Positions 38,660 to 47,806 of a stretch of 64,000 nt of DNA are shown one piece after another. A model generated the notes under the pieces. The model was given only the letters and a program-made list of their open reading frames with translations. It was not told the origin of the DNA and searched no databases. Source of the stretch: a virus; the IMG/VR virus record IMGVR_UViG_3300037104_000756, positions 1 to 64,000 of that record. One strand, 5' to 3'. The translations under genes and the position numbers were made by a program. How positions within the stretch are numbered: the first letter of the stretch is position 1; every line of letters begins with the position of its first letter.

Positions 38660-38767
38660 CATTTTGGAATTGTTTTGGCATCATGATGGCTAATCCGAAT
38701 AGCAACGACGAGGGGTGGCGAGTCGTATGAGCAACGGTTCGCCACCTCAAATAAATAGGAGGTTATT

Positions 38768-39187
38768 ATGGGACGATCAGTGAGCGCAGTAGCAGCCCGA
38801 GCGGTCAAGAATAGTGAGAAGGGCAGCAAGCCTGCGAAAAGAACTGGCGAGGAGAGATTGTCCGCCATTCGTAGCAGCGTTCCTGCAAAGCTTCACGTTC
38901 CTATCGGAGAGGTTGGATTTTTGCTGGAGTTGCATGATGCGCTGGTGGTGTTCATAAAAGATGTGGTGAATCCCGCGCTCGAACAGACGCGCCACGAGCG
39001 AGACGCCTTCGCTCATCAGTTGTTTGAGTCACAATCAGACTTCTCTACCTTTCGATGTGTCTCCCTCACGAAAATTGATGAACTCGCCGCGTCACATGCA
39101 ATTGCGCTGCAGTCCGCTAATCAGGAGATCGACACCCTCAAGGCGCAGCTTGCAGGGTCCGGGGATGGTCCGAATGCTGAAGGATAA
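38768..39187 (+). CDS. Hypothetical protein
   Basis: SD AGGAGG; upstream TTGACA promoter at about 38656. Confidence 0.65.
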   Translation: MGRSVSAVAARAVKNSEKGSKPAKRTGEERLSAIRSSVPAKLHVPIGEVGFLLELHDALVVFIKDVVNPALEQTRHERDAFAHQLFESQSDFSTFRCVSLTKIDELAASHAIALQSANQEIDTLKAQLAGSGDGPNAEG

Positions 39188-39476
39188 GGAAGGCAACCGA
39201 CTGTTCCGAAAAGTTCAGGTGAAAGTAATTTACCCGGACAATATTTTCCCTGCGAAGACGTTCACGCAGCACGCGGGTCCGCAGCAGGGATTTGGTCCGA
39301 CCGGGGTGGACGACATTTTGATGAAGATCGCGGACCAGTTGGACACCCTTTACCCGTGGTGGGATTTCAAGTCCGTGGCGTTGAAGCCAGAAGGTCGCAC
39401 GCTTCGGTACGTTTTCACTTTTTCTGGATATTGCGCGGGAGCGCCCGCCACAATTACCAATGAAGGGTTAGACTAA
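39174..39476 (+). CDS. Hypothetical protein
   Basis: Overlaps the upstream stop; start uncertain. Confidence 0.55.
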   Translation: MLKDKEGNRLFRKVQVKVIYPDNIFPAKTFTQHAGPQQGFGPTGVDDILMKIADQLDTLYPWWDFKSVALKPEGRTLRYVFTFSGYCAGAPATITNEGLD

Positions 39477-39490
39477 CGCGGAGGAGAAAA

Positions 39491-39700
39491 ATGAGCATAT
39501 TCATCACCGAAGGTCCGAGCGCAGCCGATCCTCTTGATGTAGCTCCAATCACCGTCATAGCTCCAATCACTGCCTTAGGATTAGGTGGGTACCCTATTCG
39601 AATTGTGGCGAACACTTGGCGTTCGCGCGCTGCAGTGTGGTTATTGCGCCGGTATGTTCAGAGAGTTTTGGAGGCGTCAAATGTCTCACGAACGTTTTGA
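39491..39700 (+). CDS. Hypothetical protein
   Basis: SD GGAGGAG. Confidence 0.6.
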   Translation: MSIFITEGPSAADPLDVAPITVIAPITALGLGGYPIRIVANTWRSRAAVWLLRRYVQRVLEASNVSRTF

Positions 39701-39848
39701 GATTTGGGAAGAGACGGACTCGGCTTTTCCGCAATGGCCCTGGCGCGCCCAGGTGGTGAACTACGTTGCTCGCTTTGCTAGTCGGGAGTCTGCTGAGAGT
39801 TTTGTGAAGAGTGTGAAAGAATATCGCGAGCAAAACAAACTCAAGTAA
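39681..39848 (+). CDS. Hypothetical protein
   Basis: SD GGAGG before ATG 39681. Confidence 0.6.
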   Translation: MSHERFEIWEETDSAFPQWPWRAQVVNYVARFASRESAESFVKSVKEYREQNKLK

Positions 39849-40013
39849 GGTAGAGGGTAATCGGTCCGCAGGTTAGTGGTCCGCATTTGCAGTCCGCGCA
39901 GGTGGTTTCGTACGATTCCCAACAAAGCGTAAAATAGCACGGCCATTTTGCTCCACAAATTTTGCAGATGTGTGGCTGGCTCCATGGAGTTTCATATACT
40001 GGTGGAGTTTTCT

Positions 40014-40295
40014 TCATCGGAGGTTTGCCAACGCGGTGTTTACCTTCAGGCGGATGTACGATTCTTCGAGAGAAGGTTTTTGATGTTGCCAGTATTCGAA
40101 GGCTTGGATTTCGAGAACCAGGGTGGTTTCGCGACAATCTCGGCGCAGGTCATTGACAACAATTCTGTGGAGTGGGGATGGTTGTCTGTTAGATGCTTCG
40201 AGCGCTTCCTGGCACTCAAGAGCACGCTTGCAACGGCGGATAGTCTCTATAGTGATGAGTTCCCCGTCCGTGAGTTTGACGATCTTCTTTTTCAT
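40014..40295 (-). CDS. Hypothetical protein
   Basis: SD AAGGAG before MKKKIVKL; followed by a coupled Cys-rich ORF ending at 39841. Confidence 0.6.
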   Translation of the reverse strand: MKKKIVKLTDGELITIETIRRCKRALECQEALEASNRQPSPLHRIVVNDLRRDCRETTLVLEIQAFEYWQHQKPSLEESYIRLKVNTALANLR

Positions 40296-40367
40296 TGTCT
40301 GCTCCTTGGGTGAAAGAATATCAGAAAACAGTTGACAACGCAACAGGACCTTTGGTATTCTTTTTTC

Positions 40368-40835
40368 ATGGCTGATTCAACCATCGCGATTGCGGCAACC
40401 CTTGTTCACGAAGGTGGGTATGTGAATAATCCTGCCGACCCAGGCGGCGCAACCAATATGGGGATTACTCAGGCAGATATGCCAGGGCAGGATATGCGCG
40501 CACTGACGGTCGCACAAGCCACGACCTATTATTTGGCGCACTACTGGAAATCACTCTACTCCCAAATTGTCGACCAATCCATCGCCTCAAAACTCTTCGA
40601 CATGGGCGTCCTGTTCGGTGTCGGGACGGCAGTTAAATGTTTGCAGGGAGTTTTATGTGTCTCCCAAGACGGTAATTTTGGCCCAGACTCTCTATATCAC
40701 CTCAACGTGGCGAGCCAATCGGCGACTCTTGGTTCCTATAAAACGGCACTGCTTGCGCATGCAGGTAGAGTGGCAACATCGAACCCCAAAGAAATTGTGT
40801 TTTTGGTGGGATGGCAGAGGAGAATCAATTCGTAA
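40368..40835 (+). CDS. Endolysin, glycoside hydrolase family 108
   Basis: HEGGYVNNPADPGGATNMGIT…LFDMGV..G…LQ…DG.FGP…GWQRRI. Confidence 0.9.
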   Translation: MADSTIAIAATLVHEGGYVNNPADPGGATNMGITQADMPGQDMRALTVAQATTYYLAHYWKSLYSQIVDQSIASKLFDMGVLFGVGTAVKCLQGVLCVSQDGNFGPDSLYHLNVASQSATLGSYKTALLAHAGRVATSNPKEIVFLVGWQRRINS

Positions 40836-40839
40836 ACAA

Positions 40840-40860
40840 GACTTTTAATTCAATAAGTGA
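40840..40860 (+). promoter_or_regulatory. Putative late promoter (GACT-N9-ATA)
   Basis: GACT TTTAATTCA ATAAGTGA. Confidence 0.55.
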
Positions 40861-40961
40861 AGCACAGATTTGAGCCAGTCGGCGGGCGTCAAGGCTCATC
40901 ATAGGATTGGAGCTAATCAAAGAAATTCGCCGACATACCTTTTTAGAAACGGTGGTGGGTC

Positions 40962-41165
40962 ATGTCAGGAACCAGCCACGTCTTTACTTTTAAATGCGCC
41001 CAGGGTCACGTCACGCATTGCCTATTTCCCCCAGGAACTCGGATTGATGATCACGATGAAATGAAATGTGCCGAGTGTTTGAAAACAAATGATTCTAAGC
41101 CCGCTTATGTGGTTTTCGTTCGCTCGCAAACCACAAAGGATAAAACCAATGGCGGACGACGCTAA
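40962..41165 (+). CDS. Small Zn-ribbon protein
   Basis: FKCAQGH…CAEC. Confidence 0.55.
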   Translation: MSGTSHVFTFKCAQGHVTHCLFPPGTRIDDHDEMKCAECLKTNDSKPAYVVFVRSQTTKDKTNGGRR

Positions 41166-41448
41166 TCACGCACACAAGTACTACTGCTCGTACTGCACGA
41201 AATACATATATGGTGCAACCCCTGAAATTTTGGCTACGTGTTTGAATGTTCACAACTCAGCGATTCATCCAGCAGATTGTGCCCGATGGTGCGCCGCCGA
41301 CATCGTTCGTTCGACACATTATGTCGGTACATCTTATGTGTCCGAGTATCTTACAGTAGGGGAGTGGGGCACCGCCAAGAACCCTCCTAGCATCACCGCG
41401 CGCGACCGCATTATGCTCGCGAAGGGGTTGGTCCGATGGGATTCCTAG
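41149..41448 (+). CDS. Hypothetical protein
   Basis: SD AAGGA; CxxC…H…H motif. Confidence 0.55.
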   Translation: MADDANHAHKYYCSYCTKYIYGATPEILATCLNVHNSAIHPADCARWCAADIVRSTHYVGTSYVSEYLTVGEWGTAKNPPSITARDRIMLAKGLVRWDS

Positions 41449-41605
41449 CACTCATAGGATGTTGGATGCTTATCGCTGCGATTGCTGGAGTAGTCGACCG
41501 CTGGTATATGAGGAGGGCATCTCACCATGACAATTAGAGATGGTGAAACTGTTTGTGAGCACGGAGCCCGCCCATTTGAATGCCCACTGTGCAAAGAGAA
41601 ACGCA

Positions 41606-42196
41606 ATGCCTCTTGATCTATATTCGGAGGACCACTTTAACCAGAAATCTTGGGAGCGTGTCGCAAATGCGAAGGCCACCGATTTTGAACCGTGGGCGGA
41701 AGCGCGCGAAAGGTACATTGCGGAAAAAGTCGAACCGATGCTGCAGATGTATCGACAAAGCGACCACGACTGGTTCAAAGACTTCAATCGTCGCCGGGGT
41801 GAATGTATCCATTCCTCGGACTTAATCTACAAACTACAAGGAATTAGTACACATATTTCGGTGCAGTCTCAGGTAAATTTTCCTGACGATTGGGGGTTGT
41901 ACTCTTCTGCTCTTGGCCGAGTTCAGTTCCTGACGGGTTTACCAAAAGGCTGGTTGACAGAGTTTAGCTACGCATTGGTGGACGAACGTGACCTTCCGTT
42001 AGAAGAGCGGCGCGGCTGGCGGACAGTGTTGGTCTACTGCCTTATGAAAGGTGCGATCACCTGGGAACAGGTGCTGGTTGAATTCGGCGAACCCAACGAT
42101 GCTTGGAATGAAGCCCGCTGGTGTGAAGTGACGGCGGACTTTCGGCACGGTGGTGAGGGTATTATCCATAGGAACATAGCAAATGTCATAGAGTAA
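41606..42196 (+). CDS. Hypothetical phage protein
   Basis: RGWRTVL…KGAITW motif; globular composition. Confidence 0.65.
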   Translation: MPLDLYSEDHFNQKSWERVANAKATDFEPWAEARERYIAEKVEPMLQMYRQSDHDWFKDFNRRRGECIHSSDLIYKLQGISTHISVQSQVNFPDDWGLYSSALGRVQFLTGLPKGWLTEFSYALVDERDLPLEERRGWRTVLVYCLMKGAITWEQVLVEFGEPNDAWNEARWCEVTADFRHGGEGIIHRNIANVIE

Positions 42197-42211
42197 GACG
42201 GAGCACAAATC

Positions 42212-42490
42212 ATGAGCAGATTCAAGACCTGGGTTATTGTCCAATACTCGATCCATCAGGCAAACCAACAACTGCGTAGTCGACAGAAGGCGTTGCAAAT
42301 TATCCCGCCTGACGAAAATCCCTATGAGATTATGAAGGCGTGGAAAACCGAGATGATACGCCGCTATGGGATTGATGGTATTCAACACTCGGATTGCGCG
42401 ACCCCCGAGATTCAATCGATTTCTTTGGAGTCTATCTTTCGGCGGGTTAAACGGAGAACCCGTCGCGTGATTTATGCCATGTTCTTTTAA
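42212..42490 (+). CDS. Hypothetical protein
   Basis: SD GGAG. Confidence 0.55.
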   Translation: MSRFKTWVIVQYSIHQANQQLRSRQKALQIIPPDENPYEIMKAWKTEMIRRYGIDGIQHSDCATPEIQSISLESIFRRVKRRTRRVIYAMFF

Positions 42491-42516
42491 CTGCTGAAAA
42501 CTTATTACAGGTTTGT

Positions 42517-42537
42517 GACTATCTCCCCCATCAGTGT
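42517..42537 (+). promoter_or_regulatory. Putative late promoter (GACT-N9-ATC)
   Basis: GACT ATCTCCCCC ATCAGTGT. Confidence 0.55.
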
Positions 42538-42575
42538 GGAGCACCCAGCACTGAGATTTTCGAGGAGCAAGTTAC

Positions 42576-43076
42576 ATGGCAAATGAACACGACAACAACC
42601 GAAGTTCGGCGCTGACGCCTGAAGCGCTGGCTGTCATCAATACCGCAACATCCAAAGCGGTTCAGGAAGCGGTATCTGCTTTGCTGCAGGGATTGATGCC
42701 TGCTTTCAAGGATATGGCTGTTACGCCTGAGAAGTTGCGCGAAGCCAACCGTCCGTACGAAGACCCTGCGAAACTAAAGCGGGAACTCCGCGAATCATTG
42801 AAATCCAAGCAGGATGAAGCAGAAATTACCCGCATGAATGATGCGCGTAAAGCCGCCTGCCCTCATCTCGACAAGAATGGACGATCATCCATTAACCTCG
42901 TGCATAACCAACCAGACCACCAGCCGCGCGGAATTTGCGTAGTGTGTGGTGACTGGATTCACCCGAAGGAATGGCGGATCGGACCGGCTGACGAAAAGAA
43001 TCCGAGAGGTAAAGCGTATCTGGTCGAGCCGCATAAAGATTATCGCGTCGTCATGCAGATTGACAGCATGAGCTAG
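42576..43076 (+). CDS. Hypothetical protein with Zn-binding C-terminus
   Basis: SD GAGGAG; CPH…CVVC. Confidence 0.7.
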   Translation: MANEHDNNRSSALTPEALAVINTATSKAVQEAVSALLQGLMPAFKDMAVTPEKLREANRPYEDPAKLKRELRESLKSKQDEAEITRMNDARKAACPHLDKNGRSSINLVHNQPDHQPRGICVVCGDWIHPKEWRIGPADEKNPRGKAYLVEPHKDYRVVMQIDSMS

Positions 43077-43093
43077 CTTTTCTGCGAAAAAAC

Positions 43094-43140
43094 TTGACAT
43101 CTAAGTCCTCTGGAGCTACGATCAGTCCAGAGGATTTTTT
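43094..43140 (+). terminator. Intrinsic terminator overlapping a sigma70 promoter
   Basis: Stem TCCTCTGGA/TCCAGAGGA plus T-run; TTGACA-17-TACGAT with the -10 box in the loop. Confidence 0.65.
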
Positions 43141-43163
43141 ATGTTCAAATCACAGGAGGCTCT

Positions 43164-43862
43164 ATGAAGAAATTTCTTTTGGCATTGCTGTTTGTATTGA
43201 TGAGTTTCGCTCCGCTCGCGCACGCGCAAACGCGCCTGTCGGTCGGTCTTGCTGGTGGAAATAACGTGGATAACTTGAGCGTAGGACCAGCGGTCGCTAT
43301 TGAAGTTCCATTCCTGCGGCATTTCGAATTGGATTTGCGCGACACGTTTTCTCCGTACGAGCGGCACACGGCATTGGGAACCGGGTATGCCAACATCGTC
43401 AAGGGCGGCGGCATTATTTGGTTGACTAAAAGTTTTGGAGTTGTGGGAATCGCCGAGTCTTCGAGCTACGCGGTAACGCAAGTGTCGAAGAGCGCGGTGT
43501 ACACCAATGCTGGGGCGATCTATCGGACGTTGTTTTTGGGCGCGCCGACACGCTTTGAATTCGATTATATCCAGCAATCCAACAACGGCATTACGAACGG
43601 CATCGAGACCAGCCACTTTCATGGTGGAGAGTTCAGTATCGATACTCGATTCGGATGCGCGAAGTCTGCATGCTTGCGCGTGCGAGAGCAGTTGGACATC
43701 GGTCGCGTGCTCACTCAAGGCAATCCCGCGTGCGATGGCAACGGAATAACCGACCCTCGATTCTTACCTTGTCCGCGTGGTTCAGCAATCACAGGTGGTG
43801 GTTCTGTGTCGCTGATGTTAGAGTTCCCGCGCAGGAAGGTAATCGAAACTACACCATTCTAA
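43164..43862 (+). CDS. Secreted outer-membrane beta-barrel-like protein (moron)
   Basis: Sec signal peptide ending AHA-Q; alternating amphipathic strands; own promoter and terminator. Confidence 0.6.
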   Translation: MKKFLLALLFVLMSFAPLAHAQTRLSVGLAGGNNVDNLSVGPAVAIEVPFLRHFELDLRDTFSPYERHTALGTGYANIVKGGGIIWLTKSFGVVGIAESSSYAVTQVSKSAVYTNAGAIYRTLFLGAPTRFEFDYIQQSNNGITNGIETSHFHGGEFSIDTRFGCAKSACLRVREQLDIGRVLTQGNPACDGNGITDPRFLPCPRGSAITGGGSVSLMLEFPRRKVIETTPF

Positions 43863-43869
43863 GTGGAGA

Positions 43870-43897
43870 GGGGTCTGAATAAGACCCCTATTTTTTA
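43870..43897 (+). terminator. Intrinsic terminator
   Basis: GGGGTCT-GAATA-AGACCCC followed by a T-run. Confidence 0.7.
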
Positions 43898-44268
43898 TGG
43901 ACAATCCAATTCCAAAATCGAATTTCAACGCCACGCTTCGCGCGTCCATAAAATTACAGCGCGCGATGCCTTGTTGCGTGCCTCATTGTCCTAACCATCG
44001 ATTCGTTGATTTCTATGTTTGTAAGATGCATTTTGTGGAACTCATGGACGCTGCATTTTTGCGGACGGTGGCTTATGGCTAAAACTGGTCGACCACGAAA
44101 ATCACAGAAGTGTCCAAAGTGTGGGGAAACTGATTTGACTGCCTTTGCATCCAATCGGACGCGGCGCGGCGGGCGGCAAGTCTATTGTCGAGACTGTGAG
44201 CGCATCCGCCGATTTATCAAATCCGTTAGTTTTGACTGAATGAGATGAATTTTGACTGAAATGTTTTG

Positions 44269-44289
44269 GACTCGGCACTCCATAGGTGT
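44269..44289 (+). promoter_or_regulatory. Putative late promoter (GACT-N9-ATA)
   Basis: GACT CGGCACTCC ATAGGTGT; preceded by two TTTTGACTGAA direct repeats. Confidence 0.55.
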
Positions 44290-44326
44290 AGAGGCTGAAT
44301 ACCCGCCTCCCTGAAGGTAAAATCCA

Positions 44327-45208
44327 ATGGCGACAGGAACACAAAACGAAATCTATTCAAACGCGAATTTCCGCCCTGTGCGGGTTCGTGACTCGATCCA
44401 GTTCCTGCGCGGGAACGTCGCTCCGTTTGCGCATGAAGGCAGTGAAGCTGGAGTATCCGCTGTTGTGGCGACCACTGCTAACCCAGGAGCATATCCTAAC
44501 ACCCCGTTCGTTGTGGGCGTGTTCACTGCGTTTAGCGCGCAGTTCGTTCCTGCGAATATTCGCCCTATCGATTCCGAAATTCTGTTCAACTATCCCGTCA
44601 CTCCAGATGAGCGCGGCGGCGGGCTCGGCGTCCAGATTCAAACGAATCCGTTTCCTCTCGGCGCTCCGACGAACTCAGCGGCTGGTAGCGTGGCGGCGGT
44701 TCGCGGAGCGATCACCATCGGCGGCGTCTACACAGGCGCGGATGCGGGCTCAGGCACTTCGAAGACGGACCCGTCCGTTCTGATTGCAACTACCATCTCG
44801 GCTGGATACCTCTACGGCGTCCAGGGTAAAATGATTGTTCGCGGTACGCTCAATGCGGGCGGCAATTACAGCGCGGCTCTTCAAGGGCAACTTGATTTGT
44901 CCGCCGCTGTTTTGGTTGGCTCTCCTTTGCAGGCGCTGTGGCTTGACATGGGCGCAACGGCATCGGCTAATATCATCTCGATTCCGATACACATCAATGC
45001 GATTACCATCACCAACACAACGGCAGCGGTTATCAATTCGGCGCTGTTGTTTATCGGAAATGCCGCGAACCTGTTTGACGTGACCGATTTGGCGGCAGGC
45101 GGACAACATTTCTATCAGCATACTGGCGCAGGTCTCGGCACCATCGGCACCGACTACTTGGTTGTGGTGGTGAACGGCGTCACGAAACACATCGCGCTGT
45201 ACGCATAA
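44327..45208 (+). CDS. Virion fibre/spike-like protein, paralog 1
   Basis: G/A/T-rich; collinear with 45256..46782 (VRDS.QF.RGN, DSE.LFNYP, VRGAITIGG.YTGA, YLYGVQGK, LQGQLD, NTTAAVINSA). Confidence 0.65.
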   Translation: MATGTQNEIYSNANFRPVRVRDSIQFLRGNVAPFAHEGSEAGVSAVVATTANPGAYPNTPFVVGVFTAFSAQFVPANIRPIDSEILFNYPVTPDERGGGLGVQIQTNPFPLGAPTNSAAGSVAAVRGAITIGGVYTGADAGSGTSKTDPSVLIATTISAGYLYGVQGKMIVRGTLNAGGNYSAALQGQLDLSAAVLVGSPLQALWLDMGATASANIISIPIHINAITITNTTAAVINSALLFIGNAANLFDVTDLAAGGQHFYQHTGAGLGTIGTDYLVVVVNGVTKHIALYA

Positions 45209-45255
45209 AAAGAATTTAGCAGGAAGAGCACGACACAAAAAAGGAAATCACGACG

Positions 45256-46782
45256 ATGTCTACACAGAATCCTATTTACTCAAACCAGAACTGGCGTCCG
45301 TTGAAAGTTCGCGACAGTTTCCAGTTTGTTCGCGGCAATATCTCAGGGTTTGCGCACACGGGTAGTGAATCAGGCACGTTGGGTGTTATCGGACCTAACA
45401 GCACTCCTGGCGCGCACCCTGACGTTCCGTTTGTGATCGGCGTCTACTCCGCTTATGGCGCAGCGGCACAGCCTGGAAATCTGCGGGCGGTTGACTCTGA
45501 ACTTCTCTTTAATTATCCAGGGAGCACCTCAATTACGGTGAACCCGACAGGTATTGACGGCACTCCCACAACGCCGAATACGGCATCCTCAAGTATCGTA
45601 GCCGTACGCGGCGCGATCACCATCGGCGGTATCTATACAGGCGCGACGGCAGGAACAGGTACTGCGGTCGTAGACCCATCACGCACGACCCCCACAACTA
45701 TCGTGGGCTCGTCCTATCTTTACGGGGTGCAGGGTAAGGTTGTGCTCAACGGCGGTCTCGCCAATACAGGAGGGAACGGCATCATCGTTACCGGACTGCA
45801 AGGGCAACTCGACATTTCACACACTACCGTCATTTCAAGTCCCCTGACCGCAGGCTGGTTTGATATCGGCGCATCGGCATCGGCGGCTCTTATCGCTTCG
45901 TGGGTTCCAGGTTCTGCTACTGGACTTGACGCTCAACTTGGCGTGGCAGCAAAATATGGTATCCTTGCCGCTGCGGGAATCACAAACACAGGCTCTACGG
46001 TAGTCGCTGCTCCTGCGGTTATTGGTTCTTTCCCAACTACAACGATTACGTTTGACGGCGGCACCGCGACGGTGGACAACATTGACGCGGCGGCAGCCCA
46101 AGTGGCTGCGCACGCGGCTTACCTTCACTACTCTGGATTGGCGTTCACTTCTCTGGGCGGCGCTCTGGACCTATCCACCGCCTTCAGCGGGTCCAACATC
46201 GTCACTCCCGGGAACTACAGTTTCGGTGCGGCAACCTGCTCCTTGGGTCTCGTCCTGAACGGACCTGGAACATACATCTTCAAGGGTTCTTCAACGATCA
46301 ATTTGGCTTCTGGTCAGTCCATAACTTTTTCGGGTGGCGCAACGTTGGCTAACACCACTGTTATTTGGTTGGTGGGGTCGTCCTTCACTTCCGTGGCGAC
46401 TTCGAACATGGTCGGGACTATTCTTGCGGACACATCCATCACCCTCGAGGGCGGCACTCTTCAGGGGCGCGCGTTTGCGGGCGTCGTGACTAGCTCGGGA
46501 GCAGTTACTATCGCTGCCGCAAACAACGTGACGGTTTCTTTTAGTCCGCCGACACCCGCGACAGGCGGACCGACATTTATCGACATCACCACGCTGTACA
46601 ACACGACGGCTGCGGTTATCAACTCAGCCTTCCGTATTATCTCGAATTCGACCTTTCTCTTTGATCTGAGCAGCAACTCAGGCAGCCCATGGCTGACCAC
46701 TGGAGTTTTGTCCAGTCAGACGAAGAAAATAGCTGTGAACGTAGACGGAGTGACATACTACATTCCACTATACGCAGCCTAA
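45256..46782 (+). CDS. Virion fibre/spike-like protein, paralog 2, with inserted DUF3494 ice-binding-like domain
   Basis: Insert at about 45937-46536: YGILAAAGITNTGSTVV…AAAAQ…TPGNY…YIFK…VIWLVGSS…GTILADTSITL…LQGRAFA…GAVT. Confidence 0.8.
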   Translation: MSTQNPIYSNQNWRPLKVRDSFQFVRGNISGFAHTGSESGTLGVIGPNSTPGAHPDVPFVIGVYSAYGAAAQPGNLRAVDSELLFNYPGSTSITVNPTGIDGTPTTPNTASSSIVAVRGAITIGGIYTGATAGTGTAVVDPSRTTPTTIVGSSYLYGVQGKVVLNGGLANTGGNGIIVTGLQGQLDISHTTVISSPLTAGWFDIGASASAALIASWVPGSATGLDAQLGVAAKYGILAAAGITNTGSTVVAAPAVIGSFPTTTITFDGGTATVDNIDAAAAQVAAHAAYLHYSGLAFTSLGGALDLSTAFSGSNIVTPGNYSFGAATCSLGLVLNGPGTYIFKGSSTINLASGQSITFSGGATLANTTVIWLVGSSFTSVATSNMVGTILADTSITLEGGTLQGRAFAGVVTSSGAVTIAAANNVTVSFSPPTPATGGPTFIDITTLYNTTAAVINSAFRIISNSTFLFDLSSNSGSPWLTTGVLSSQTKKIAVNVDGVTYYIPLYAA

Positions 46783-46870
46783 AAAGTTCTTGGCTTGGGG
46801 GTGTGACCAACGCATCCCCATCACCTTGATTTTGTACCAGAAGTAAAATCTACGTTTGGAGGAAATAGTA

Positions 46871-47083
46871 ATGAGCACAACACCAGGGTTGAACGCAATT
46901 CAATTAATCGAACAAGAGATTGGGAATTTTCTCAAGCAGCGTGAACAAGCGATTGCGAACGTTCATGCGGTCGACGGCGCAATTCAGGCTGCCCAGCACC
47001 TCGTAGCGAAGCTGAAAGCCGAAGCTGCGAAGGCTGAAGTTGAGGTTGAGAAGGTCATCGAGTTAGTTAAAAAGGAACTGTAG
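46871..47083 (+). CDS. Small coiled-coil protein
   Basis: SD GGAGG; heptad pattern. Confidence 0.65.
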   Translation: MSTTPGLNAIQLIEQEIGNFLKQREQAIANVHAVDGAIQAAQHLVAKLKAEAAKAEVEVEKVIELVKKEL

Positions 47084-47159
47084 TCTTACCGATCTTCCAG
47101 TTACGAGGCTCTGGTGCTGCTCACACCAGACTACAAACCGTTCTGGATGCTCCGAACCG

Positions 47160-47198
47160 GACGCCCGTCATCCTCACTGGTGGCGGGCGTTCGTATTT
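47160..47198 (+). terminator. Probable terminator hairpin
   Basis: ACGCCCGTCA/TGGCGGGCGT stem followed by TCGTATTT. Confidence 0.5.
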
Positions 47199-47224
47199 AA
47201 GACTTTTTGTGTTATAATTAGAGA

Positions 47225-47806
47225 ATGAAGTTCTATTCATATCTCTGGCTTCGGGACGACGGAACGCCGTATTATGCGGGGAAGGGTACGGGTCGAAGAG
47301 CGTTTCGCAGTGCGGGACATGGGGTGCACTGTCCTCCAGATCGCACTCGGGTCATAGTCTACCCTGTGATGAGTGAAGCGGAAGCTTTTGATTTAGAAAT
47401 GACGTTGATTGCATGGTACGGCAGAAAAGATATCGGTACCGGGTGTTTGCGGAATTTAAGCGGGGGTGGAGAGGGTCCGACACTATCCGTTGCGCATCGA
47501 AAGAAACTGAGCGAAGCCCACATGGGGCATGTTTCATCCCGCAAAGGGAAAAAATTATCGGAGAAAGAAAAACAGAATCTCAAGGGGTGGGCTAAGGGGC
47601 ACATCCCGTGGAACACAGATAAGATGGGCGGTTCTTGGTCTCAGGCTCGAAGAGATTCGTTTGAGCGGCGAGGCGTATCAGAACAAACTCGCCAAAAGCA
47701 GCGGCTGGCGAAATTAGGAAACAAGAATCGATTGGGCGGAAAAAAATATGAACTTCAACCTCGTGCCTTCGGTGAACCAATCCACAACCATCCAAGCAAT
47801 GGCTGA
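47225..47806 (+). CDS. GIY-YIG-like (Seg-type) homing endonuclease with NUMOD3-like repeats
   Basis: FYSYLW…PYYAGKG.G.R…E..LI..YGR…LRNLSGGGEG; RKKLSEAHMG and PWN repeats. Confidence 0.8.
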   Translation: MKFYSYLWLRDDGTPYYAGKGTGRRAFRSAGHGVHCPPDRTRVIVYPVMSEAEAFDLEMTLIAWYGRKDIGTGCLRNLSGGGEGPTLSVAHRKKLSEAHMGHVSSRKGKKLSEKEKQNLKGWAKGHIPWNTDKMGGSWSQARRDSFERRGVSEQTRQKQRLAKLGNKNRLGGKKYELQPRAFGEPIHNHPSNG

